Of a stretch of 64,000 bases of DNA, positions 19,016 to 32,225 are shown in pieces. A program made the position numbers and the translations under genes. Each line of letters opens with the position of its first letter. The first letter of the stretch is position 1. The stretch lies in NCBI GenBank assembly GCA_041559075.1, contig JBFFEB010000009.1, positions 1,450 through 65,449 on the forward strand. Reading direction: 5' to 3'. This stretch comes from Woeseiaceae bacterium (GTDB lineage Bacteria > Pseudomonadota > Gammaproteobacteria > Steroidobacterales > Woeseiaceae). The notes under the pieces were generated by a model that did not search any database, had not been told where the DNA came from, and saw only the letters and a program-made list of their open reading frames with translations.

Positions 19016-19654
19016 ATGCGAATTGTTTTGCTGGGTGCGCCGGGGTCGGGAAAGGGTACTCAGGCCAAGAAACTCGAGGCCGACAGAAAGATCCCTCAGA
19101 TATCGACGGGCGATATGTTGCGCGAAGCGGTTGCTGCTGGCACTCGCTTCGGTGCGAAGGCCAAAGAAATCATGGAGGCAGGCGAGCTCGTGTCCGACGA
19201 CATCGTGCTGGGCATTATCAGCGAGCGCCTCGGTAAGCCAGATGCCGAAGACGGCTTCATACTCGACGGCTTCCCGCGCACGAGGCAGCAGGCTTCCGAT
19301 CTCGAGGAACTGCTCGATGAACTCGAGGTGCCGCTGGATGCGGCAGTGCTCATGGACGTCGACTTCGACATCCTGATGAAGCGCCTGACCGGCCGCCGGA
19401 CCTGTTCTCTGACCGGCAAGCTGTTGAACATCTACTTCTCTTCGCAGGAGGAGATCGACGAATGCCTGAAAGCGGGCGGCGAACTCCTACAGCGCGAGGA
19501 CGACAACGAGCAGACGATACGCAGCCGGCTCGACGTCTACAGGGAACAAACCGAGCCCGTCATCGACTACTACCGGGAGCGCGGCAAGCTCAGGACCATC
19601 GACGCCGAAGGCGCGGTCGACGACGTGTTCGAGAGGCTGCAGGGCGCGCTATAA
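19016..19654 (+). CDS. adk: adenylate kinase
   Basis: ORF 18944..19654 trimmed to the ATG at 19016: MRIVLLGAPGSGKGTQAKKL...ISTGDMLR...GFILDGFPRT. Confidence 0.95.
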   Translation: MRIVLLGAPGSGKGTQAKKLEADRKIPQISTGDMLREAVAAGTRFGAKAKEIMEAGELVSDDIVLGIISERLGKPDAEDGFILDGFPRTRQQASDLEELLDELEVPLDAAVLMDVDFDILMKRLTGRRTCSLTGKLLNIYFSSQEEIDECLKAGGELLQREDDNEQTIRSRLDVYREQTEPVIDYYRERGKLRTIDAEGAVDDVFERLQGAL

Positions 19655-20722
19655 GAGCTGCAGCAGCCGCTCACCAATGAGCGGTCGGCGCCAGCCCTGA
19701 AACACGCGTGAGTGCGTGTTGCTCGACAGGACCACGCTCGACAATTCCCTGCGCGGTGCGACCAGCTCCGGACTGATCCCGAGTTCCTCCGCGCACTTTG
19801 CGACGGCCGCCTGCATGGTCTTCAGCAACTTTTTCTGTTGTTCGTTCGGCGCCGGAGGTGGCCGGTAGTCGTGGTCGTCTTCCGCCGAACGCGCCACGAC
19901 GGCCAGTAATTCCGCGCCGGCACGACTTACGAGCTTCGCGGGCAAGCCGTCGACACCGCGCAGAGCTGCAATGGTCTCCGGCAATTGCTGGGCAATTTCG
20001 AGTAAAGCGCTGTCCCTGAGAATCCACTGACGGGGCCGGTTTCGGCGTGCGGCCTCGGTCTCCCTCCATACGGCGAGCCGTTCGGCCACCGACCGTCGTC
20101 GTCCGCGCAGGTTTCGCGCTCCCTTGAGCCGTTCTATCGCCTGGGCCTCGTCGAACGCGTACAGCGATTCGTCCAGCAGCAGCCGGGAATCCTGCTCTGC
20201 CCACTCCTTCCTGCCGGCTTTCTGGAGGCGGTCAACGAGCAACTCGTGGGCCGGCAGCAGGTACTCGACGTCCTCGACCGCATAATGCAAAAGCGCGTCC
20301 GGAAGCGGACGCTGCGACCAGTCTGCGCGCGTGTGCGACTTGGGGATGTCGATGTCGAAAAGCGCCTTTACCAGACCGGCGTAACCCATCTGCGGCTGCA
20401 TGCCGAGCAGGCCGGCCGCAATCTGCGTATCGAAGAGGCGACTCGGTATCGCGCCCGCGCTTTGGAAGACGACCTCGATGTCCTGGCGCGCCGAGTGGAC
20501 GACCCAGGTCTTGCGGAAGGTTTCGTCCCAGAAGGACTGCATCGGATTTCCTGCGAGCGGGTCGATGCAATAGACGCGGTCCGGCGCCGCAACCTGCAAC
20601 AGGCAAAGCTGTGCGAAGAACGTCCTCTCGCGGATGAATTCCGTGTCCACCCCGAGGTGTGTGCAGGCATGGAGGTCGGACGTGATCGTGTCGGGTTCGT
20701 CGACGAACGTAAACGCAGGCAT
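19649..20722 (-). CDS. rnd: ribonuclease D
   Basis: 357 aa. The DEDD exonuclease motifs LGVDTEF and HYAVEDVEYL are followed by an HRDC-like C-terminus. It overlaps the adk stop by 6 nt (convergent). Confidence 0.9.
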   Translation of the reverse strand: MPAFTFVDEPDTITSDLHACTHLGVDTEFIRERTFFAQLCLLQVAAPDRVYCIDPLAGNPMQSFWDETFRKTWVVHSARQDIEVVFQSAGAIPSRLFDTQIAAGLLGMQPQMGYAGLVKALFDIDIPKSHTRADWSQRPLPDALLHYAVEDVEYLLPAHELLVDRLQKAGRKEWAEQDSRLLLDESLYAFDEAQAIERLKGARNLRGRRRSVAERLAVWRETEAARRNRPRQWILRDSALLEIAQQLPETIAALRGVDGLPAKLVSRAGAELLAVVARSAEDDHDYRPPPAPNEQQKKLLKTMQAAVAKCAEELGISPELVAPRRELSSVVLSSNTHSRVFQGWRRPLIGERLLQLL

Positions 20723-20761
20723 CGGGTGTCGCAGGGGTGGGCTTCGGCTCGGAAGATTAAC

Positions 20762-21304
20762 ATGCGATCATTGTTCTATCGACGGCAATCGTGTTCCGCC
20801 GTGCAGGCATTTATCAGAACGCTTTTCGAGATCGTCACGATACGCAAGGGACCGGACGCGATTCCGTATTCGTGGCTGTTGCTTAACGTTGCCACCGCGA
20901 TGTGGTTCCTGCCGCTGCTTGCGCTGGTGGCGGTCGTCAAGGACTTCGGTCGTTCGGCCGTCGCCGTGCTGGTGGCTGGCTGGGGGTTGAGCCTGGTCTG
21001 TTACGCCTTCGTGATCATGCTGGCCGGGTATCGCTATCGGCTGTTGCAGTCGCTTACCGCTATCATCGGCTGCGGCGCGATTATTTTCTTCGCCCAGGTG
21101 GCGAGCCTCATCGTCACGTCCCTCCTGCTTGGCGCCGCCGTGGCCGAGATCGTTGTCGACCTGCTCCTGTTCTGGTCGGTCTACGTAAAGGGACACATCG
21201 TTTCGCGTGCGATCAGCCGTGAGTGGTACGTGGGGATGGTCATTGCAATTGCCGTGTTCCTTTTACAGTATGCGTTTACCAAGGCGGCGGTGACCGCATC
21301 CTGA
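20762..21304 (+). CDS. hypothetical inner-membrane protein (about 5 TM segments)
   Basis: ORF 20246..21304 trimmed to the ATG at 20762 (the upstream part is antisense to rnd). The sequence begins MRSLFYRRQ...IRKGPDAIPYSWLLLNVATAMWFLPLLALVAVV and is hydrophobic throughout. I recognise no family motif. Confidence 0.6.
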   Translation: MRSLFYRRQSCSAVQAFIRTLFEIVTIRKGPDAIPYSWLLLNVATAMWFLPLLALVAVVKDFGRSAVAVLVAGWGLSLVCYAFVIMLAGYRYRLLQSLTAIIGCGAIIFFAQVASLIVTSLLLGAAVAEIVVDLLLFWSVYVKGHIVSRAISREWYVGMVIAIAVFLLQYAFTKAAVTAS

Positions 21305-21312
21305 GTTCTTGC

Positions 21313-22683
21313 ATGCACATACACATACTCGGCATCTGCGGCACCTTCATGGGCGGCATAGCGGCACTGGCGAAGGCGGCCGGGCACGAAGTCACCGGCT
21401 GTGACAGCGGCATCTACCCGCCGATGAGCACGCAGCTCAAGAAGCTCGGTATCGACATCCACGAGGGATTCGACGCGGATCAGCTCAAATCACCGCCAGA
21501 CTGTATTGTCGTCGGGAACCTGGTCAGTCGCGGATTCGATGTCGTGGAGGCCATGCTGGACCGGGATATTCCCTTCCAGTCCGGCCCGCAGTGGCTCGCC
21601 GAGAACGTATTGCGCGGGCAGCACGTGTTCGCGGTGGCGGGTACCCATGGCAAGACTACGACCGCCAGTCTGCTGGCCTGGATACTCGAGGACGCGGGCC
21701 TGCAGCCAGGGTTCCTGATTGGTGGCATACCCGCCAATTTCGGGGTATCGGCGCGCTTCGGCGGCGGCAACTGCTTCGTCGTCGAGGCCGACGAATACGA
21801 CACGGCATTCTTCGACAAGCGTGCCAAATTCGTGCATTACCGGCCGCGTACGCTGATCCTCAATAATCTCGAATACGACCACGCGGATATCTACAGGGAC
21901 CTCGATGCGATCTCGTGGCAGTTTCACCAGCTGTTGCGAACCGTGCCCGGGTCCGGCCGCATCGTGTTGAACGCGGCCGACAGGAATATCGCCGACGTCG
22001 TCGACATGGGATGCTGGACACCGACGGAGTCGTTTTCGCTGGAAAAGGATGCCGACTGGCGCGGGGAATTCGTCGATGCCAGCGAACGCCGTATCCGTGT
22101 CGGCGATCCGTGGGGAGGCTCTGCCGAGTCGCGTTGGCCGCTCGGCGGCGCGCACAATCTCGAGAATGCCGTAGCGGCTGTCGCGGCCGCCTACTCGGCT
22201 GGCGTCGAGCTTGTTCGGGCGGTGGACGCACTGTCAAGGTTCGAAGGCGTCAAGCGACGCATGGAACGTACCGCCACGGTCGGCGATATCGCGATCTACG
22301 ATGATTTCGCCCATCATCCCACGGCGATCAGGCGCACGATTGCGGCCTTGAAACGGCGTTATCCGGGCAACCGCCTGGTCGTGGCGATCGAGCCGCGGTC
22401 GAACACGATGAAGCTCGGCGTTCACAACCAAGAGCTCGCGCAATCCCTCGAGCAGGCCGACATGGTCTGGATGTACCGTCCCGCAGAAATGGGCGAGGAC
22501 TTCGATGCGGCGCTCGCGCCGCTCGGCAAGAAGCTGCGCGTATTCCGTGACTACGACGAACTCGTCGGCGACATGTCCACCCGGGTGCTCGCCGGGGACC
22601 AGGTCGTGTTCATGAGCAACGGGGGGTTTGGCGGCGCCCGCCAGACGTTCACGGCAGTCCTGCAGCGCACGCGCGGCGCCTGA
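21313..22683 (+). CDS. mpl: UDP-N-acetylmuramate:L-alanyl-gamma-D-glutamyl-meso-diaminopimelate ligase (murein peptide ligase)
   Basis: ORF 21223..22683 trimmed to the ATG at 21313: MHIHILGICGTFMGGIAALAKAAGHEVTGCD. The Mur ligase P-loop AVAGTHGKTTT and the DDFAHHPTAI motif are present. Confidence 0.92.
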   Translation: MHIHILGICGTFMGGIAALAKAAGHEVTGCDSGIYPPMSTQLKKLGIDIHEGFDADQLKSPPDCIVVGNLVSRGFDVVEAMLDRDIPFQSGPQWLAENVLRGQHVFAVAGTHGKTTTASLLAWILEDAGLQPGFLIGGIPANFGVSARFGGGNCFVVEADEYDTAFFDKRAKFVHYRPRTLILNNLEYDHADIYRDLDAISWQFHQLLRTVPGSGRIVLNAADRNIADVVDMGCWTPTESFSLEKDADWRGEFVDASERRIRVGDPWGGSAESRWPLGGAHNLENAVAAVAAAYSAGVELVRAVDALSRFEGVKRRMERTATVGDIAIYDDFAHHPTAIRRTIAALKRRYPGNRLVVAIEPRSNTMKLGVHNQELAQSLEQADMVWMYRPAEMGEDFDAALAPLGKKLRVFRDYDELVGDMSTRVLAGDQVVFMSNGGFGGARQTFTAVLQRTRGA

Positions 22684-22788
22684 CAACTACCGCCGTGCGC
22701 CTTCCTTTCTGAGATTCAAGCCGGGGCCGTTCGCCGGCCGGGACCGGGGCAACTATACTTGGGGTGTGTTCGGATTCTGGTCTGCGTC

Positions 22789-23376
22789 GTGCGCGTACCC
22801 CTTTTTCCTCTCAATACGGTCCTGTTTCCCGGCGGGCCGCTGCCTTTAAGGATCTTCGAGCCACGCTACCTCGACATGATCAGCCGCTGCATGAAGGACG
22901 ACAACCCGTTCGGTGTCGTCCTGATTCGCGAGGGCGGTGAGGTCGGGCCGGCGGAAACCTACGATATCGGCACGCTGGCTCGCATCGTCGACTGGTACCA
23001 GGGCAGTGACGGACTGCTGGGCGTGACGGCGCGCGGCGAGCAGCGCTTCCGGGTGCTGTCGTCGCATCGCGAATCGGACGGGCTCAACGTCGGTGAAATC
23101 GAGGTCCTGCCCGCAGAAAGCGAGGTGCCGTTACCCGAGGAATACCGGCCGATGGCGGCGATATTGTCAGGGGTTCTCGACGATCTCGGGCGGCTCTACG
23201 AGGACCTGGAGCGACGGCTGGACGATGCCGGCTGGGTGACCAACCGTTTCGTCGAGATCCTGCCCATCGACCTCGCGGAAAAACAGCTCTGCCTGGAGCA
23301 ATCCAACCCGGTCGAGCGCTTACGGCTCGTACAGGAAGTGCTGAAGCACGTCCGCAGCCCGATGGGTACGGGCTGA
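22789..23376 (+). CDS. Lon protease N-terminal (LON substrate-binding) domain protein
   Basis: ORF 22759..23376. The GTG at 22789 gives (M)RVPLFPLNTVLFPGGPLPLRIFEPRYLDMI, the canonical start of stand-alone LonN-domain proteins. Confidence 0.8.
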   Translation: MRVPLFPLNTVLFPGGPLPLRIFEPRYLDMISRCMKDDNPFGVVLIREGGEVGPAETYDIGTLARIVDWYQGSDGLLGVTARGEQRFRVLSSHRESDGLNVGEIEVLPAESEVPLPEEYRPMAAILSGVLDDLGRLYEDLERRLDDAGWVTNRFVEILPIDLAEKQLCLEQSNPVERLRLVQEVLKHVRSPMGTG

Positions 23377-23379
23377 CCG

Positions 23380-24648
23380 CTATAGCGTCGCGAAGACTCT
23401 TCGGGCGGCGTCGAGCGTCTGTTCGATCTCGCTATCGCCATGCGCCGCCGATACGAACCCGGCTTCGAAGGCGGAAGGCGCGAGATACACGCCCTCATCC
23501 AGCATGCCGTGGAAGAACGTCTTGAAGCGCCCGATGTCGGCGGCCGCGACCTGCGTGAAACTCCGCACCGGACCCGAATCGGTGAATACGAAGCCGAACA
23601 TGCCGCCCTCTTGTTCGACGCATAGGCCGATACCGGCATCGGCTGCCGCGGCGGCGAGGCCGTCCGTCAGCTGCTTCGTGCGCTCGCCGAGCTGCTCGTA
23701 GAATCTGGGATTGTCGATGAGTTCGAGCGTCGCGAGCCCGGCAGCCATCGCGACCGGGTTGCCTGACAATGTCCCGGCCTGGTACACGGGGCCGTCGGGT
23801 GCGAGGCTCGCCATGATGTCGCTGCGGCCACCGAAAGCCGCGGCGGGCATGCCACCACCGACGACCTTGCCGAGCGTGGTCAGGTCGGGCTCGATTCCAA
23901 ACAGCGCCTGTGCACCGCCTTTGGCGACCCGAAACCCGGTCATCACCTCGTCGAAAATCAATACGGCACCCGTGTTACTGCAGGCTTCCCGTAATGACTC
24001 GAGGAACCCCGGCAGGGGCGGCACCATGTTCATGTTTCCGGCGATCGGCTCGACGATTACGCAGGCGATTTCGGCCCCGAGCTCATCGAATGCCTGGCCG
24101 ACTGCCTCGATATCGTTGAACGGCAGCGTGATCGTGTGGGCAGCAAGTTCGGCAGGCACGCCCGGGGAGCTCGGGACGCCAAGCGTCAGTGCGCCGGAGC
24201 CCGCCTTGATCAGCAGGGAGTCCGAATGTCCGTGGTAGCAACCCTCAAACTTGACGATCTTGTCGCGCCCTGTGTGACCCCGCGCCAGGCGAATCGCACT
24301 CATCGTCGCTTCGGTGCCCGAACTCACCATGCGCAGGCGTTCGATCGACGGCACGAGTTCGGTGATTTTGGTTGCGATGCTTGTTTCGAGCAAGCAGGGA
24401 GCACCGAAACTGAGACCACGGCGCGCTGTCTCGGTTACGGCTTCCAGCACGGCGGGGTGTGCATGACCTAGAATCATCGGCCCCCACGAGCCCACGTAGT
24501 CGATGAAACGACGGCCGTCCTCGGACTCGACACAGGCGCCGCTGGCGCTCTTGAAAAAAACCGGCTCTCCACCGACGCTCGCAAATGCGCGTACCGGTGA
24601 ATTGACACCCCCCGCAATGACCTTGCGGGCGTCTGTAAACAAACTCAT
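23380..24648 (-). CDS. hemL: glutamate-1-semialdehyde 2,1-aminomutase
   Basis: 422 aa: ...VNSPVRAF...[13 protein letters not shown]...[10 protein letters not shown]...[14 protein letters not shown] (PLP lysine context). Confidence 0.95.
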   Translation of the reverse strand: MSLFTDARKVIAGGVNSPVRAFASVGGEPVFFKSASGACVESEDGRRFIDYVGSWGPMILGHAHPAVLEAVTETARRGLSFGAPCLLETSIATKITELVPSIERLRMVSSGTEATMSAIRLARGHTGRDKIVKFEGCYHGHSDSLLIKAGSGALTLGVPSSPGVPAELAAHTITLPFNDIEAVGQAFDELGAEIACVIVEPIAGNMNMVPPLPGFLESLREACSNTGAVLIFDEVMTGFRVAKGGAQALFGIEPDLTTLGKVVGGGMPAAAFGGRSDIMASLAPDGPVYQAGTLSGNPVAMAAGLATLELIDNPRFYEQLGERTKQLTDGLAAAAADAGIGLCVEQEGGMFGFVFTDSGPVRSFTQVAAADIGRFKTFFHGMLDEGVYLAPSAFEAGFVSAAHGDSEIEQTLDAARRVFATL

Positions 24649-25535
24649 TCGATTCCTCTCCGCTCGTGCATCTGCGTAATCCTGACGCCGCGCTGCTCAA
24701 GCAGCCGCGGTACGCCGTCCTCCCCGACAAGGTGCAAGGCCCCGACGATTACCAGGTAGTCCTCGCCGTCGTCCAGCAGCTCATCGATCGTGTTCACCCA
24801 TAGCCGATTACGGTCTGCGACGACTGCATCGTAGAGCTCAGGGTACCCGGAAACTTCGTCCAGCAAGGTCTGTTCGAGGTAGTCAATGTCACCTGAACGC
24901 CATGCCAAAATCAAATCATCCATGATCTCGCGGATGACCGCGCTCTCGGCGAGCGTCTGCATGAGGAGTTCCCGTTGCGCCCCGAGCGAGAGGCCGTCAA
25001 GATAGCCGAGCTGCTGTTCCACGGTTTCCAAGCCGAGTATCTCCTTGCCGTCGCTCGAGGCCTTCTTGAGCAGGTGCATCTCAACGCCGTAGGCCGGGTT
25101 GAAGCCGATGCGTGCGAGCATCAGTTGCTCGACCGTGATCGCTGCGAACCAGGGTTCGGTGCGTTCCAGCATCTCGAGCGGGATCTCCAGTTCCGCCGCC
25201 TTGGCCGCCGCCTCAGTGTAGAGTTCCTCGCCCATCACCTCGCGTAACGATGTGCCTTCCTCGAGCATCCCGAGCCGGTTGATCGTCGACTGCATGAACA
25301 GGGGATCGAGATCGTCCATGTCGAGTTCCATGTACAGCGTCTCAGCATCCTCGTAGACGTCGCCGATAACCCGCGGAAGCGGATGGTCCTGCTCGCGCAG
25401 AAAGTGGATCGAACCCAGCAGGTACACCCGGTTGGTGATGCCCTCGGCCATCCACATGGTGACCGGGCCGGCAGAATCGGCGAGTCCGGGGACGGGCAGC
25501 AGCCACAACAGGGCCGCAGCGAAGCGGCTAGGCAT
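24645..25535 (-). CDS. TraB/GumN-family protein (secreted or periplasmic, function unknown)
   Basis: 296 aa. The signal-like N-terminus [21 protein letters not shown] is followed by [18 protein letters not shown] and [13 protein letters not shown], both typical of the GumN/TraB family. Its stop overlaps the hemL start by 4 nt. Confidence 0.8.
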   Translation of the reverse strand: MPSRFAAALLWLLPVPGLADSAGPVTMWMAEGITNRVYLLGSIHFLREQDHPLPRVIGDVYEDAETLYMELDMDDLDPLFMQSTINRLGMLEEGTSLREVMGEELYTEAAAKAAELEIPLEMLERTEPWFAAITVEQLMLARIGFNPAYGVEMHLLKKASSDGKEILGLETVEQQLGYLDGLSLGAQRELLMQTLAESAVIREIMDDLILAWRSGDIDYLEQTLLDEVSGYPELYDAVVADRNRLWVNTIDELLDDGEDYLVIVGALHLVGEDGVPRLLEQRGVRITQMHERRGIE

Positions 25536-26313
25536 TGGTCACCCAGACCAGTCCAGTGGCGACGCTGCCATCCGGCCGAAGCTCGATGCACCGGTAAGCC
25601 GGCGGTCTGTCGTCCACCGCGAACTCGTCGGTGTGCGGCAGGAACTGGCGGCAGGTCGACGGTGTGGCGATCAAGCGGATACCTTCGTGCACGGCGTCGT
25701 AGTCCTGATGAACGTGGCCGAAGATCGCCGCCCGCACCCGGCCCGAGGCGGCGGCGCGCGCCAGGAACTCGTCGCCGTTGTCGAGGCCGACGGAATCCAG
25801 CCATTGGCTCCGCATCGGCACAGGCGGGTGATGAAGACAGATCATTACGTGTTCCGCCTGGCTGGCTTCGATCGTTGTATCCATGCGGCGCAGTTCGCTT
25901 TCCGCGATCCTGCCGCCCGCGCGACCTTTTACACAGCTGTCGATGCCCACGACCAGCCAGTTGCTCTCCTCCCGGGCGCCGCAATAGGTGAAAGGCGGGT
26001 CCGGCAGCACGTGGCGCATCAACTGCGGCACGTCGTGATTGCCGGGCACGCAGAAGACGGGAAGCCCGAGCACGGACACGAGGTCGCGGCAATGGGCGTA
26101 CGCCGCGGCCGAGTCGTCCTGGACGATATCGCCCGTCAGGGCGACGAGGCGCGCCGCGAAACTGTTTTCGCGGTAATGCGCGAGAACCGACTGCAACGTG
26201 TCGAAGGTTACCGCGCCGCGCAGGGAGCCGTTCCTGTCGGCAAACAGATGCGGGTCCGTAAGATGCAGGACCCGCACCGGATCAGGTGATTCGCGAATGT
26301 GCCCCGACCTCAA
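25528..26313 (-). CDS. cpdA: metallophosphoesterase, 3',5'-cyclic-nucleotide phosphodiesterase CpdA-like
   Basis: 261 aa. Calcineurin-like motifs are present: LHLTDPHL, LTGDIVQDD, VPGNHD, HHPP, GHVH. It overlaps the gumN-like start by 8 nt. Confidence 0.8.
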   Translation of the reverse strand: MRSGHIRESPDPVRVLHLTDPHLFADRNGSLRGAVTFDTLQSVLAHYRENSFAARLVALTGDIVQDDSAAAYAHCRDLVSVLGLPVFCVPGNHDVPQLMRHVLPDPPFTYCGAREESNWLVVGIDSCVKGRAGGRIAESELRRMDTTIEASQAEHVMICLHHPPVPMRSQWLDSVGLDNGDEFLARAAASGRVRAAIFGHVHQDYDAVHEGIRLIATPSTCRQFLPHTDEFAVDDRPPAYRCIELRPDGSVATGLVWVTNA

Positions 26314-26376
26314 GCCGTGTCAACGGTATGCATGATAGCGACAGTACGAGGCCGCGGGCAATTCGAGCCGCGGCCC

Positions 26377-28874
<2,498 letters not shown>

Positions 28875-28896
28875 TGGAATTCTCTTCAGCAGGCAA

Positions 28897-28937
28897 GTCG
28901 AGGCGCCGGATTGTACCGTAATGTCCGGCGCCGAGAC
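28897..28937 (-). other. stable hairpin in the metK 5' leader (unclassified)
   Basis: Perfect 9-bp GC stem GGCGCCGGA / TCCGGCGCC with a 13-nt loop, extended by 3 bp beyond a 2x2 internal loop. It ends 22 nt upstream of the metK ATG and has no U-tract. I could not match it from memory to any SAM or SAH riboswitch class. Confidence 0.35.
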
Positions 28938-29086
28938 CATTCGCGGAACATAATGATGCAAATGGTTACGTTTCGGGACAGGCGGCTTGCGGCATCCGCC
29001 AAAAACCCTGAAAATGCGCGCCTCGCGAATGCGATTTTCGCCGCCGTTTTACACTACAGACGCCGCCAGGCGCACAGAAGACCTCG

Positions 29087-31114
29087 ATGTCAAAAGAAGC
29101 CAAAGCTGCCGGTCTGCCGGCCCGGCGGGACCTTGCCAATGCCATCCGTGTGCTCTCCATGGACGCAGTCCAGGCCGCCAACTCGGGACACCCGGGCGCC
29201 CCGATGGGCATGGCCGATATCGCGGAAGTGCTCTGGAACGACTACCTGAAGCACAATCCGGCGAACCCGCGCTGGCCGAATCGTGACCGTTTCGTGCTGT
29301 CCAACGGCCATGGCTCGATGCTGCTTTACAGCCTTCTGCACCTCACCGGTTATGACGTGAGCATGGACGAACTTCGGAATTTCCGGCAGTTCAGCCAGCG
29401 CACGGCAGGTCATCCGGAATACGAGCCCGGGATGGGGGTAGAAACCACCACGGGACCGCTGGGTCAGGGTATCAGCAACGCGGTCGGCATGGCGCTCGCC
29501 GAGAAGATGCTCGCGGCAGAGTTCAACCGCGAGGGCTTCCCGGTGGTCGATCACCGCACCTGGGTATTCCTCGGTGACGGCTGTCTCATGGAAGGTATCT
29601 CTCACGAAGCCTGCTCGCTGGCGGGTACGCTGAAGCTCGGCAAACTGATCGCGTTCTACGACGACAACGACATCTCCATCGACGGCAATGTCTGCGGCTG
29701 GTTCACCGACGATACGCCGACGCGTTTCGAGAGCTACGGCTGGCAGGTCATACGCAACGTCGACGGGCACGACAGTACGGCGGTCGCCGCTGCCATCGAC
29801 CAGGCTACGGCTACGGCGGACAGGCCGACGCTGATCTGCTGCAAGACCGTCATCGGCTACGGGGCGCCGAATAAGCAGGGCACTGCGGCGACGCACGGTG
29901 CGCCGCTCGGCGAGGACGAGGTTGCTGCCGCGCGCGAGACTCTCGGCTGGCAGTGCGCGCCGTTCGAAGTGCCGGCGGCCGTAACGGACGCGTGGAGCGC
30001 ACGCGCGAGGGGCGCGTTGGAAGAGGCGGCCTGGGCCGACCTCGTCGGCAAGTACGCGACGGCGCATCCCGAGCTGGCGAAGGAATTCGGCCGCCGCATT
30101 ACCGGCGAGTTGCCGGACGACTGGACGAGCTATGCCGACGAGGCGATCTCGAAGATCGATACGGCCGCGGAGCGCATGGCCACTCGCAAGGCGTCGCTGG
30201 TAGCGCTGAATGCCTTTGCGCCCAAGCTGCCGGAGCTCGCCGGCGGCTCGGCCGACCTGACCGGTTCCAATCTGACCAAGCACGCGGGCTCGAAGGTCAT
30301 CACGGGCGATGACGCCGGTGGCAATTACATCTATTTCGGCGTGCGTGAATTCGGCATGACTGCGATCTGCAACGGGATGGCATTGCACGGCGGCATCATT
30401 CCCTACAGCGGCACTTTTCTCGTGTTCTCCGACTATGCGCGCAATGCACTGCGTATGGCGGCGCTGATGAAAGTCCAGCAGATTCTCGTCTACACGCACG
30501 ACTCCATAGGGCTCGGCGAGGACGGGCCGACGCACCAGCCGGTCGAGCACGTCGCATCGCTGCGCCTGATGCCGAACATGCGCGTCTGGCGTCCCTGCGA
30601 CACGGTCGAGACCGCGGTCGCCTGGCGCGATGCGATCGAGCGCCGCGACGGTCCGACGAGCCTCGTGCTGACGCGCCAGGGCGTTCCACACCAGTCACGG
30701 GATGCCGCACAGATCGCCGCCATCTCGCGCGGCGGGTACGTGCTGCGGGATTCGGAGGGTGTCGCCGACGCCATCCTGATCGCGACCGGTTCGGAAGTTG
30801 CGCTGGCCATGGCCACGGCCGAACGGCTCACGGAGGACGGCATCGATGTGCGCGTTGTGTCGATGCCCTGCACCAGCATTTTCGAGCGCCAGGATGCGGA
30901 GTACCGGAACGCGGTCTTGCCACCGGACGTGCCGGCGCGCGTGGTCATCGAGGCAGGTGCCACCGGGACGTGGTGGCGCCACGCGGGGCCGTCCGGCGTA
31001 GTCATCGGTATCGACAGTTTCGGCAAATCGGCACCGGCGGGCGAACTTTTCGAGCACTTTGGTTTCTCGACGGACAACGTCGTCGCCGCGACCAAGCGCG
31101 TTATACGCAATTGA
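29087..31114 (+). CDS. tkt: transketolase
   Basis: 675 aa: [47 protein letters not shown]. Confidence 0.95.
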   Translation: MSKEAKAAGLPARRDLANAIRVLSMDAVQAANSGHPGAPMGMADIAEVLWNDYLKHNPANPRWPNRDRFVLSNGHGSMLLYSLLHLTGYDVSMDELRNFRQFSQRTAGHPEYEPGMGVETTTGPLGQGISNAVGMALAEKMLAAEFNREGFPVVDHRTWVFLGDGCLMEGISHEACSLAGTLKLGKLIAFYDDNDISIDGNVCGWFTDDTPTRFESYGWQVIRNVDGHDSTAVAAAIDQATATADRPTLICCKTVIGYGAPNKQGTAATHGAPLGEDEVAAARETLGWQCAPFEVPAAVTDAWSARARGALEEAAWADLVGKYATAHPELAKEFGRRITGELPDDWTSYADEAISKIDTAAERMATRKASLVALNAFAPKLPELAGGSADLTGSNLTKHAGSKVITGDDAGGNYIYFGVREFGMTAICNGMALHGGIIPYSGTFLVFSDYARNALRMAALMKVQQILVYTHDSIGLGEDGPTHQPVEHVASLRLMPNMRVWRPCDTVETAVAWRDAIERRDGPTSLVLTRQGVPHQSRDAAQIAAISRGGYVLRDSEGVADAILIATGSEVALAMATAERLTEDGIDVRVVSMPCTSIFERQDAEYRNAVLPPDVPARVVIEAGATGTWWRHAGPSGVVIGIDSFGKSAPAGELFEHFGFSTDNVVAATKRVIRN

Positions 31115-31186
31115 CAACGATTTTTTAGCTTCGCCGGAAATCAGCCCACCGGGCTGCCCGGTCAGTCGATTCAGCAGGAGAAAAAC

Positions 31187-32200
31187 ATGACGATCAAGGT
31201 TGGTATCAATGGCTACGGCCGCATCGGGCGGAACATAGTGCGCGCGATCCACGAATCTGGCCGCGCCGGCGAATTCGATGTCGTTGCGCTCAACGACCTC
31301 GGGGACGCTGCAACCAACGCGCACCTGACCCGGCGCGACACCGCGCACGGTCCCTTCCCGGGGACGGTCGAGGTCGACGGCAACGACATCATCGTCAACG
31401 GCGACCGGGTGAAAGTCTTCGCCGAACGCGATCCGTCCAAGCTGCCGTGGGGCGATCTCGGCGTTGACGTCGTCTACGAGTGCACGGGTCTTTTCCGAAC
31501 CGGCGAGACCGCCGGCAAGCACCTCGAGGGTGGCGCGAAGAAGGTGATCATCTCCGCGCCGGGCGGCGAGGGCGTGGACAAGACCATCGTCTACGGCGTC
31601 AATCACACTACGCTGACCGCGGCGGACGCCGTGATCTCTAATGCTTCCTGCACGACGAACTGCCTCGCGCCGCTCGTCAAGCCGCTGCACGAAGCCATCG
31701 GCGTCAAGCACGGCATCATGACGACCATCCATGCCTACACGAACGACCAGGTGCTGACCGACGTCTACCACAAGGATCTGCGCCGCGCGCGGTCGGCGAC
31801 GATGTCGCAGATCCCGACGAGCACCGGCGCGGCGAAAGCCGTGGGCTTGGTACTGCCCGAGCTCAACGGCAAGTTGGACGGATTCTCCATGCGCATCCCC
31901 ACGATCAACGTATCGGCGGTCGACCTGTCGTTCGTCGCGGAGCGTGCGACCAGCATCGACGAGATCAACGAGGTGCTGAAGGCCGCGAGTGAGGGCGAAC
32001 TCAGGGGAGTGCTGGCCTACAATGACGAGCCACTGGTCTCCATCGATTTCAACCACGACCCGGCTTCCTCCACCTACGACGCGACGCTAACCAAGGTCAT
32101 CGACGGCACGATGGTCAAGGTTATTGCCTGGTACGACAACGAGTGGGGCTTCTCGAACCGGATGCTCGACACGACGGTCGCGCTCGTCAACGCGAAATAG
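31187..32200 (+). CDS. gap: type I glyceraldehyde-3-phosphate dehydrogenase
   Basis: 337 aa: [16 protein letters not shown] and the active site [18 protein letters not shown] lies upstream. Confidence 0.95.
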   Translation: MTIKVGINGYGRIGRNIVRAIHESGRAGEFDVVALNDLGDAATNAHLTRRDTAHGPFPGTVEVDGNDIIVNGDRVKVFAERDPSKLPWGDLGVDVVYECTGLFRTGETAGKHLEGGAKKVIISAPGGEGVDKTIVYGVNHTTLTAADAVISNASCTTNCLAPLVKPLHEAIGVKHGIMTTIHAYTNDQVLTDVYHKDLRRARSATMSQIPTSTGAAKAVGLVLPELNGKLDGFSMRIPTINVSAVDLSFVAERATSIDEINEVLKAASEGELRGVLAYNDEPLVSIDFNHDPASSTYDATLTKVIDGTMVKVIAWYDNEWGFSNRMLDTTVALVNAK

Positions 32201-32225
32201 CGGCTGCACCGTGGCCGTTGTCCGC

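Noticed and set aside
28875-29086. A known SAM or SAH riboswitch upstream of metK.
   Set aside because: I could not find the conserved cores I remember for the SAH (GAGGAGCG...AACGGCGCUCA), SAM-I or SAM-II classes. It is retained only as an unclassified hairpin, and a covariance-model search is needed.
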